Source: an uncultured Candidatus Peribacteria bacterium (GTDB taxonomy: Bacteria > Patescibacteriota > Gracilibacteria > Peribacterales > Peribacteraceae). Taken from it: a DNA stretch of 40,105 bases. The position numbers and the translations under genes are program-made. The stretch spans positions 1 through 40,105 of the forward strand of contig CAZFBZ010000003.1 of the NCBI GenBank assembly GCA_964517345.1, written 5' to 3'. The notes beneath the pieces were generated by a model. It had not been told where the DNA came from. It did not search any database and saw only the letters and a list, made by a program, of their open reading frames with translations. This document shows, piece after piece, positions 15,850 through 23,252 of the stretch (position 1 is its first letter; every line of letters begins with the position of its first letter).

Positions 15850-16233
15850 ATGGCGGGGTCAAGGGCGTGGCAGCGGATATTTGACAGCAATACGAGATTT
15901 GCCAACAATGACCGGGATTTTTTCCTGTTGAATATGCATCTCGAGCCGAGCACCCGCCGCTCCCCTGAACCCATAGCCTGTCTGCGCTACCGCAAGCTCC
16001 AAGGCGTCCCGCGCGAGCCGGGCGACGTAGATACGCTGCTCGCACTGCAATCGCATCTGGCACGCCAGAGAACGACAACGCACGACCAGGTCATCGCACT
16101 GACCCGGACGGCCGTGTTAATCGAGCCCTCGGTGACCGGCGATATTTTTACGGTTCCCGTGTACGACAGTGATGATGAGGCGTTTGTAAAACGCAAAATG
16201 GAGCAACTCCACCATCTCTACGTACTGGTCTGA
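15850..16233 (+). CDS. Hypothetical protein (weak call)
   Basis: This is the only sizeable ORF in a 490-bp gap. It has an ATG start, GC-rich third codon positions, and is followed by a bidirectional terminator. I recognise no motif. Confidence 0.35.
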   Translation: MAGSRAWQRIFDSNTRFANNDRDFFLLNMHLEPSTRRSPEPIACLRYRKLQGVPREPGDVDTLLALQSHLARQRTTTHDQVIALTRTAVLIEPSVTGDIFTVPVYDSDDEAFVKRKMEQLHHLYVLV

Positions 16234-16242
16234 GCCGGAAAC

Positions 16243-16271
16243 AAAAAAAGCGGGGCCGGGGCCCCGCTTTT
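16243..16271. terminator. Bidirectional rho-independent terminator
   Basis: AAAAAAA-GCGGGGCC-gg-GGCCCCGC-TTTT lies between convergent genes. Confidence 0.65.
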
Positions 16272-16290
16272 CCAATTCAGATGTGAAAGA

Positions 16291-17100
16291 TCACTCCGGG
16301 AGGAGGACCGAGTCGATGACGTGCGTGACTCCGTTGCTGGAGACGACGTCGGCAATCTCGACCTGAGCCGTGCCGTTGATCCACCACTTGCCATCCTTCT
16401 CGGTGAGGGTGATCTCACCGCCGTTGACGGTCTTGAGCGTCATGCCATCCTTGAGATCGGAGGCCATGTAGGTACCGGAGACGACGTGGTAGGTCAGGAT
16501 GCCCGTGAGCTTGTCCTTGCTCTCGGCCTTGAGGAGCGTATCCACGGTGCCGGCGGGCAGCTTGGCGAACGCGTCATTGGTCGGAGCGAACACTGTAAAA
16601 GGACCCGGACCGCTGAGCGTCTCGACGAGGGCGGCTGCCTTCACCGCGGCGACGAGCGTCGTGACGTTGTCCGCGAGCGAGGCGTTCTCGACGATATTGC
16701 GGCTGCGCACCATCATCGCGCCGCCGACCATCACGCCCTCTTCGGCGTCCTCATCCGTCATGGCGTCGTCCGTCATCATCTCGCCGCTCTTTTCCATGAC
16801 CTCTCCTTCTTTCATCATCGTCGTGCTGCCATCGGACATCATCACCTTGCCGTCCATCATTACCTTGGTGCCGTTGTCCATCGTCATGTCGGACTCCATG
16901 GGCTTCATCGTGCCCTCGGCGTCCACGGTCATCATTTCGCCGTCCTTCATCGTAACGCTCATCATGGCGTCGTTCTGCATCATGGCATCGTCTGTGGCGG
17001 GCTGAGACGGCATGCAGCCGGGGAGCACGGTCAGGGCAAGGCCCGAGACGAGCGCCAGGGTCGGAAGACCCATCTTGAGCGCAATGTTCTTGGTGGTCAT
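16291..17100 (-). CDS. Lipoprotein with a Met-rich N-terminal region and a C-terminal fasciclin (FAS1) domain
   Basis: MTTKNIALKMGLPTLALVSGLALTVLPGC has a lipobox. FAS1 hallmarks are present: LSGPGPFTVFAPTNDAF, ILTYHVV, and NGVTHVIDSVLLP. I moved the start to ATG 17100. Confidence 0.85.
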   Translation of the reverse strand: MTTKNIALKMGLPTLALVSGLALTVLPGCMPSQPATDDAMMQNDAMMSVTMKDGEMMTVDAEGTMKPMESDMTMDNGTKVMMDGKVMMSDGSTTMMKEGEVMEKSGEMMTDDAMTDEDAEEGVMVGGAMMVRSRNIVENASLADNVTTLVAAVKAAALVETLSGPGPFTVFAPTNDAFAKLPAGTVDTLLKAESKDKLTGILTYHVVSGTYMASDLKDGMTLKTVNGGEITLTEKDGKWWINGTAQVEIADVVSSNGVTHVIDSVLLPE

Positions 17101-17259
17101 AACTGTGAGTATGTGAGGAAGTAAAAGCATCCCATCCTGTTGCGGACGTACATCGCGCGTCAAAATGTTCTCCTTTACAAGCACGTACAATCACTTATAG
17201 ACATTTCACGTCAAGTATTCGCTACTGATCTATTTTTTGTCTTACAGAAGCCATATTTT

Positions 17260-18105
17260 TCATCCAACAGCGGCAGTGACACGCTCCTGCTCAGCGATCT
17301 GACGCAAACATTTTTCCAACGCTTTCTCTACCGGCGTTAATCGGATCCCCTCCCCTTCCAGCTTACGAGTACTCAGGAAGCAATTGCTCCGTCCGGCCTT
17401 GGCCACCTGGGCCAGATCCTCGACGGTCAGGCGCTCAAACGTATGGGTCGGATCGACGATTTTGCGATACATCTCCATGATCTGAAACGGCGACGCAGTG
17501 CCGGGGTTCACGACGTTGTAGACGCCGGTGCGGCCGCGCTCAATGAGGATTTTGGCAGCCTGGAGAAAATCAGGGAGATAGGAGAGCGAATTCTGGGCAT
17601 CGAGCACGCGCGGGTAGCGGCGGATCTTCATCAGAAGGTTGCGATCCGAGTGTGTGCCGTCAAAGGGCATCCGCAGACGGAGCGTGAGTACGGGGAACTC
17701 CTTCAGGATCTGATCAGACCAGGTCTTGGAGCGCGAGTAGAAGCTGTCGGCGAAGTTCGGAGCATCCTCCTCGGAGAACCCCATACCGCCGTTGTCACCG
17801 GCGTAGATGCAGCCGGAACTGACGTGCACGAGACGGATGCCCCGCAGCAGGCAGGTGTCGAGCAACACCAGGGGGCCCGTCACGTTGGCGCGGATCGTTT
17901 CCTCTTTGTGATCCTCGCACCAGTCGACGTTGGGCTTGCCCGTCTTGCCCGCACAGTTGATGACCACCTCGGGCTTTTCGGTATCGAGAACGTGCTTCAC
18001 GGCAACCGCGTCCGCGATATCCACCGACGATGCGACCGCCCCTGGAAACAGCTCCAGAAAGCGGCCTCCGAGGTATCCGCGGGCACCGAATACAAGCATG
18101 CGCAT
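17260..18105 (-). CDS. NAD(P)-dependent 4-keto-6-deoxy-sugar 3,5-epimerase/4-reductase-like protein (NRS/ER- or RmlD-like, extended SDR)
   Basis: Starts with VFGARGYLGG. The blocks GKPNVDWCEDHKEETIRANVTGPL, FSEEDAPNFADSFYSRSK, LRLRMPF and NPGTASPFQIMEMYRKIVDP align, from memory, with plant NRS/ER (GRPNVDWCESHKVETIRTNVAGTL, FKEEDTPNFTGSFYSKTK, LRVRMPI). The track ORF extends spuriously to 18435. Confidence 0.8.
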   Translation of the reverse strand: MRMLVFGARGYLGGRFLELFPGAVASSVDIADAVAVKHVLDTEKPEVVINCAGKTGKPNVDWCEDHKEETIRANVTGPLVLLDTCLLRGIRLVHVSSGCIYAGDNGGMGFSEEDAPNFADSFYSRSKTWSDQILKEFPVLTLRLRMPFDGTHSDRNLLMKIRRYPRVLDAQNSLSYLPDFLQAAKILIERGRTGVYNVVNPGTASPFQIMEMYRKIVDPTHTFERLTVEDLAQVAKAGRSNCFLSTRKLEGEGIRLTPVEKALEKCLRQIAEQERVTAAVG

Positions 18106-18247
18106 GGCTGTATGGTACCCCCGGCCCGGGATGAAAGCGATGCGGGAAGGACGAAAAGAGCGGACATGCCGGATAGCGGCTTCGGAGCAGAGGGATGCCC
18201 ATAAATGGGCGTGCGGCCGGCATCGGAAAGGAGTAGTATCACTGCCG

Positions 18248-20503
18248 ATGCCTCGTCCCCGGCGCAAAGCCAAACGCAGCCCCAAGAAGCGCGCATCGGC
18301 CCCCAGTCTCGAATTGAAGTCCTCCACGTGGTCCGCGATCAGCGGCATCGCGCAGATCTGCACGGGCGCCGTGCTCTTCCTGGTGCTCAACGGCACGGCG
18401 GGGCGGGCGGGCGAGGTGATCGCGACGGCCTTCACGGGATTCTTCGGCCTCTACGGCATGGTCATCCCCGCATTTCTGCTGATCTCGGGGCTCATGCACT
18501 TCCTCGCCCAAACCAAGCGCCTGCGGACGACACGCTCCATTGGACTCATTGTCGCGCTCTGCTCGTTCCTCGGGCTCATGCACCTGCGACTGCCGTTCGA
18601 GCACATGCTCGATCAGCGGATGAACGCGGGCGGACTGGTTGGCTTCCTGATGAGCCTGCCGTTCATGGCGTTCTTCAGCCCGGCCGTGGGTTACGTCGTC
18701 CTGTCGGCGGCCATGCTCATCGGACTCGTCATCAGCTTCGAGCCGGATCTGGGTGCGCTGACGCAGAAGATCCGGGAAATGATGGAGCCGCAGACGAAGT
18801 CGCGCCGCGCGCCGGAGCCGGCGACGGTGCTGGATGAGGAAGACGAAGAGGAGTGGGATGAGAAGAAAAAAGATGAGGACGAAGATGATGACCTGATTGA
18901 GCGCGACGAAGAAGCGCCCGAACTGAACATCGTCCGGCCCCTCTTCACGCAGAACACGCTCAAAGAGCGGACGGCAGCCAAGCCGGTTGCGCCGAAGAAG
19001 AAGGATACGATCGAAATGAAAGACACGCGCTTCGAGGAGTGGACGTTCCCGAGCTTCGACGTGCTGGATTCCTCGCAGGACGTGGTGCATGTAGATGATG
19101 ATGAACTGAAAAAGCAGGCCCGCCTGATCGAGGAGAAATTGCAGGAGTTCGGCATCGAGGTCACGGTCCGCGACGCGCGCCCCGGCCCGACGGTCACGCA
19201 GTTCACGCTCCAGCCGTCCGAAGGCGTAAAGCTGAGCAAGATCGGCAGCCTCAAGGACGACCTCGCGCTTGCACTCGCCGCGCACAGTCTGCGCATCGAG
19301 GCGCCGATTCCCGGTAAGTCCCTCGTCGGTATCGAAATGCCGAACAGCAAGCGCACTATCGTGCACCTCCGCGAAATTCTGGAGAGCCCCTCGTTCGTGC
19401 AGAGCAGTTCGTCGCTGACGCTGCCACTCGGCCGCGATGTCTCCGGCGAGTCGGTGGTGGCGAGTCTGGAAACGATGCCCCACCTGCTCATTGCCGGAGC
19501 CACGGGATCGGGCAAGTCGGTCTGTATGAACACGTTCCTCACGGCGCTGCTGTTCCAGAACGCGCCGCACGAGCTGAAGTTCATCCTCGTCGACCCGAAG
19601 CGCGTCGAGCTGATGCCCTACGACGGCATCCCCCACCTGCTCACGCCCGTCATTACCGAGGCCGAAAAGGCGCTGCAGGCCCTGCGCTGGGCTGTGGCGG
19701 AAATGGGACGGCGTCTCCACCGGTTCTCGGAACTCGGCGCGCGCAACCTGGAGGAATACAACGCCAAACAGAAAGACGAAGCGATGATGCTGCCGCGCAT
19801 CGTCGTCGTCATCGACGAGCTCGCGGATCTCATGATGCGCCAGTTCCGCAAGGACACGGAAACGATGATCGCCCGCATCTCGCAGATGGCCCGCGCGGTC
19901 GGCATGCATTTGATCATCGCCACGCAGCGCCCCAGCGTCGATGTGATCACGGGTCTCATCAAAGCCAACATCCCCACACGCATCGCCTTCCGCGTGGTCA
20001 GCTCAGTCGACTCCCGCACGATCATCGATTCCATCGGCGCGGAAGATCTGCTCGGCCAGGGCGACATGCTCTACATGACGGCAGCGACACCCAAGCCGGT
20101 GCGCATCCAGGGCATCTACACGTCCACGAAGGAAGTGGAACGCACCATCGTCGCGGTGAAGATCGCGGGCGGCGGCAAGATCACGGAACAGATCGGGCTC
20201 GGCGAGGAGGATGAGAACGGCGAGGGCAACGGCGCCACAGCCGCGATCGGCCACATCGACCTGGATGCCGACGACAACGGCGGCGATGACCTGTTCTTCG
20301 AAGCGCTGCGCGTCGTACAGGAGACGGGCAAGGCCTCGGCAAGCCTCCTCCAGCGTCAGCTGAAAGTGGGCTACGCCCGCGCGGCCCGCCTGCTCGACAT
20401 CATGGAAGAGAAGGGCCTGATCGGCCCCGCGGACGGCGCCAAGGCGCGCAAAGTGTTCATCGCGCGCGAGGACGTGTCGACGGAGGACAGGATGGCGGTG
20501 TGA
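18248..20503 (+). CDS. ftsK: DNA translocase FtsK/SpoIIIE
   Basis: Has N-terminal TM helices, an acidic linker, a motor domain with GATGSGKSV and VVVIDELADLM, and a gamma domain (GKASASLLQRQLKVGYARAARLLDIMEEKGLIGP). I moved the start to ATG 18248, which has TAGTAT 8 nt upstream. The track start 17930 overlaps the divergent gene. Confidence 0.95.
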   Translation: MPRPRRKAKRSPKKRASAPSLELKSSTWSAISGIAQICTGAVLFLVLNGTAGRAGEVIATAFTGFFGLYGMVIPAFLLISGLMHFLAQTKRLRTTRSIGLIVALCSFLGLMHLRLPFEHMLDQRMNAGGLVGFLMSLPFMAFFSPAVGYVVLSAAMLIGLVISFEPDLGALTQKIREMMEPQTKSRRAPEPATVLDEEDEEEWDEKKKDEDEDDDLIERDEEAPELNIVRPLFTQNTLKERTAAKPVAPKKKDTIEMKDTRFEEWTFPSFDVLDSSQDVVHVDDDELKKQARLIEEKLQEFGIEVTVRDARPGPTVTQFTLQPSEGVKLSKIGSLKDDLALALAAHSLRIEAPIPGKSLVGIEMPNSKRTIVHLREILESPSFVQSSSSLTLPLGRDVSGESVVASLETMPHLLIAGATGSGKSVCMNTFLTALLFQNAPHELKFILVDPKRVELMPYDGIPHLLTPVITEAEKALQALRWAVAEMGRRLHRFSELGARNLEEYNAKQKDEAMMLPRIVVVIDELADLMMRQFRKDTETMIARISQMARAVGMHLIIATQRPSVDVITGLIKANIPTRIAFRVVSSVDSRTIIDSIGAEDLLGQGDMLYMTAATPKPVRIQGIYTSTKEVERTIVAVKIAGGGKITEQIGLGEEDENGEGNGATAAIGHIDLDADDNGGDDLFFEALRVVQETGKASASLLQRQLKVGYARAARLLDIMEEKGLIGPADGAKARKVFIAREDVSTEDRMAV

Positions 20504-21595
20504 TCAGACTCCGTGGACCGTGTCCTTGAGGGACTGGCTGCGGTCCTGCTGTTGCTGTGCTTCCTCGGCGCTTCCCCCCACGGGGTCTTTCACCCGGGTG
20601 ACATCGGCGACTTTTCTGCCTTCGATTTTGACGAGGAAGATCTTGCGGGGACCCGGCCTGTCTTCGAGCACCAGTTCCTCAAAAAGCGGGCCGAGCTTGT
20701 TCGCCATACGATCCATCATCATTTCCAGCCTCGCAAGACGCTGCTCGGCGTCTTCGTGCCGCTCCTCGTGGTGTGCGTCCGTATGGCCAAGATCGTCCGT
20801 GAGGCAGGACAGACGCTCCAGCTCCCGCGCCCTGTTCACGAGCTCTTCCTCCAACTGGCGCTGGCGTTTCTCCCGCGCGTCGAAGAGATCGTCTTTCGCA
20901 CTATCGAGAACGCCGCGCAGAGGCACGGAAACCGCGGCACAGTGCATGGAGACCTGTTCCAGCAGGAACTTGAGCGACGCCGTGGTCTGGAGCCACACGA
21001 ACCAGCGGCCGATGCGGCGCCGGATGCCGTCCGGGACGGATTCCAGGCAGGATTTCCAGCGTTCCACGCGCTCCGGGTATTCGTCGCCGCTGCCCTGCTG
21101 CATCTGGTCGAGAAGCGATCCCGTGCAATGCAGAACGGCATTGGGACACTTGTTGGCGTACTGGTTGAGGTGCCAGCGGGCGAACTTGTTTCCGGCATAT
21201 GCGACGACGGAGCCGGCGACGCCGCCGATGAGCGTACCGATGGCGCTCCGGGAGAGCAGCATGGTGATGAGTGCTGGTACTGCCGAGACAGCCCCGCTGC
21301 GCAGCGGTCCGGACGCCATCCACTGCATCATCATCGCCTCCGCAAGGCGACGGTTGACCTCCACGCGCAGGTGGTCAGGAACGTTATCTGCCTGCTCCGC
21401 TGCTCCGGGCACTTCCCCCAGATACTCGGGATAGTTGCCGAAAAACTGCCAGTCGCTCATGTTCGCCCGGGCGTTCTGGGCAGGCTGGCGGGCGCATGTT
21501 GATGGTGTCGGTTGGAGTGGAGGCCTCGGTAACGTGGTGATCGATTGCAACTTCAACGAGAGAGGTTGCATCGAATTGTAGGCAATACCACCCAC
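20504..21595 (-). CDS. Hypothetical protein with one hydrophobic segment and a charged coiled-coil-like C-terminal half
   Basis: This frame has protein-like composition, whereas the two + strand frames over it are Arg/Ala/His-rich shadows. The start is uncertain: GTG 21595, ATG 21571 or ATG 21460. I recognise no motif. Confidence 0.5.
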   Translation of the reverse strand: MGGIAYNSMQPLSLKLQSITTLPRPPLQPTPSTCARQPAQNARANMSDWQFFGNYPEYLGEVPGAAEQADNVPDHLRVEVNRRLAEAMMMQWMASGPLRSGAVSAVPALITMLLSRSAIGTLIGGVAGSVVAYAGNKFARWHLNQYANKCPNAVLHCTGSLLDQMQQGSGDEYPERVERWKSCLESVPDGIRRRIGRWFVWLQTTASLKFLLEQVSMHCAAVSVPLRGVLDSAKDDLFDAREKRQRQLEEELVNRARELERLSCLTDDLGHTDAHHEERHEDAEQRLARLEMMMDRMANKLGPLFEELVLEDRPGPRKIFLVKIEGRKVADVTRVKDPVGGSAEEAQQQQDRSQSLKDTVHGV

Positions 21596-21840
21596 TCAAC
21601 AAGTGATGAATGAGTCGTCACGTAAAATTGTTGAAGCTGCTGCGCGAATTTTCCGATGACGCGCCGATGGTTCCATCGTGACTTCACAAGATGTCGTCTG
21701 CCATCGACATCGCGTATACAAGATCCTGTGTTCGTTGGGTGTGACGTTCGCAAAAAAAGCGGACACCTGCACCGCGTGACCCGAATAGCACCGGATCTGC
21801 CGACACACGGTGACGGGCGGCTCCCCTTCCGGCCACAACC

Positions 21841-21849
21841 TGATACGAT
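21841..21849 (+). promoter_or_regulatory. Extended -10 element TGaTACGAT, 6 nt upstream of the rdgB ATG
   Basis: The + strand reads TGATACGAT-gcgcgc-ATG(21856). Confidence 0.4.
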
Positions 21850-21855
21850 GCGCGC

Positions 21856-22494
21856 ATGAAGTTGCTGCTCGCGACATCCAACAGAGGCAAGGCGCAGGAA
21901 ATGCGCGAAGCGCTCGACGGGCTGGGCCTCGACCTGCTGGATTTGAACGACATTCCGACGATCGATGCACCGGAAGAAACAGGCGAGACATTTTCGGCAA
22001 ACGCACTGCAGAAGGCGAAGCACTATTTCCACGCGTCAGGGCACGCGACCATCGCCGACGACTCGGGCATCCATGTGGAGGCACTGGAAGGCGAGCTCGG
22101 CATCCGCACGCGCCGCTGGGGTGCCGGACCCGGCGCAAGCGACAAGGAATGGATCGAACACTTCCTGGAACGCATGAAGCGCGAACGCAACAAGCGCGCC
22201 AGGTTCGTCTGTGCCATCGCGCATGTCGACCGTAAAGGAGAGGTGCACGTCTTTGAAGGCACGTGCGACGGCGTCATCACTGACGAGCTCGAAGCCGAGT
22301 ATCTTCCGGGTCTGCCGATTTCGGCGTGCTTCCGGCCCGACGGCTATGATCTGGTCTTCTCGGCACTCTCCGTACCGCAGAAAAACGTCGTGAGCCATCG
22401 CGGCAGGGCCCTACTTTCCCTGAAGGAGCATTTTCTCCAGCGTGGACACCTCCTCGGGAACGGCCCGGTCGAGACGTTGCCGCAGCAGCACTGA
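21856..22494 (+). CDS. rdgB: Non-canonical purine NTP pyrophosphatase (RdgB/HAM1 family)
   Basis: MKLLLATSNRGKAQEM, ETGETFSANALQKA, ADDSGI, the FGYDP-equivalent region and SHRGRAL are typical of the family. It carries a ~25-aa C-terminal tail beyond the usual end. Confidence 0.9.
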   Translation: MKLLLATSNRGKAQEMREALDGLGLDLLDLNDIPTIDAPEETGETFSANALQKAKHYFHASGHATIADDSGIHVEALEGELGIRTRRWGAGPGASDKEWIEHFLERMKRERNKRARFVCAIAHVDRKGEVHVFEGTCDGVITDELEAEYLPGLPISACFRPDGYDLVFSALSVPQKNVVSHRGRALLSLKEHFLQRGHLLGNGPVETLPQQH

Positions 22495-22818
22495 CGCGTC
22501 CCGCGGATGCTCTGCGGAATAGCGGGCAAACGCCCGTCTTGCCAATGCCGCGCGGACTCCCGAGATGCACGCAGCCAGTGCCGTCAGAACTGCCACGGTG
22601 ATCCCTGTTTCGGGCAGGTACGTCAGCCTCTCGTTTTGAATAGAGAGCCCGTATCCAAAGAGCGACGCGCCGTAGAGGCCCAGCCCCGCGAAAATGGAAT
22701 TGCGGATGGAGGCACGTCTGGCATGCACAACAATGTGCTCGAGTGTGCGACGGGCCTGTTCCACCTCCAAAATCTCCGCAGACAGTTTGATGCTCTGTTT
22801 TTGCGGACAGTCCGTCAT
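22411..22818 (-). CDS. Hypothetical small membrane protein (two predicted TM helices)
   Basis: Has an ATG start and two hydrophobic stretches (IFAGLGLYGASLFGYGL; ITVAVLTALAACISGV). It has the same orientation as, and lies downstream of, the helicase and the 110-aa ORF. Its 3' end overlaps the rdgB 3' end by 84 nt. Confidence 0.45.
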   Translation of the reverse strand: MTDCPQKQSIKLSAEILEVEQARRTLEHIVVHARRASIRNSIFAGLGLYGASLFGYGLSIQNERLTYLPETGITVAVLTALAACISGVRAALARRAFARYSAEHPRDASVLLRQRLDRAVPEEVSTLEKMLLQGK

Positions 22819-22839
22819 TCCAGCAGTGTATACCCCGTA

Positions 22840-23172
22840 TCACTCTCCGATGATCACATCGGGCTGCGGCTCCCCTGTATGGGGCTCCACATCCTCGCTC
22901 CCTCTGCGTCGCAGTAATTCCAACAGGCGCTCCTTGGCGCCCTCAGCGTGTGCTTCTATTTGAGGCCGCTCCTGGTCATCGAGCCATCGCAGCCAGTCTC
23001 CCATGGGATCCGTTCCGGGCTGATAGGCGATATCGCCGTCGTGCGGCAGCAGGACTCGCGCAAGAGCATCAACGTAGCCGGCGGTCTGCCGGGCACGGAC
23101 TTCTTCGGCCGTCAGCGCATCAATAGCGCGATCGAAGATGGAGGGTTGTGGCTGGTCCTCGGGAACGGGCAT
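22840..23172 (-). CDS. Hypothetical small acidic protein
   Basis: Has an ATG start and protein-like composition. It lies 80 nt downstream of the helicase-nuclease gene on the same strand. I recognise no motif. Confidence 0.5.
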   Translation of the reverse strand: MPVPEDQPQPSIFDRAIDALTAEEVRARQTAGYVDALARVLLPHDGDIAYQPGTDPMGDWLRWLDDQERPQIEAHAEGAKERLLELLRRRGSEDVEPHTGEPQPDVIIGE

Positions 23173-23252
23173 GAATGCGATGAAAGGAGAGCATCCTCAA
23201 TCTGCCGGGGATCAAAGTCAACCGGCTGAGCCGACAGCAACCATAGATGGCT

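Noticed and set aside
18830-18930. GAnGAn-rich repetitive DNA in ftsK, and Ser-codon runs in 9222..9602.
   Set aside because: These are in-frame low-complexity coding sequence. One is the acidic FtsK linker EEDEEEWDEKKKDEDEDDD. The other is the poly-Ser run of a secreted protein. They are not CRISPR, tandem-repeat or satellite structures.
21656-21859. The 67-aa + ORF, and the overlapping minus ORFs 21553..22032, 21596..22138 and 21684..21953, in the long gap upstream of rdgB.
   Set aside because: They are Arg/Cys/His-rich with junk-like composition. They overlap one another in several frames and run into rdgB antisense. None has a start-site signal.
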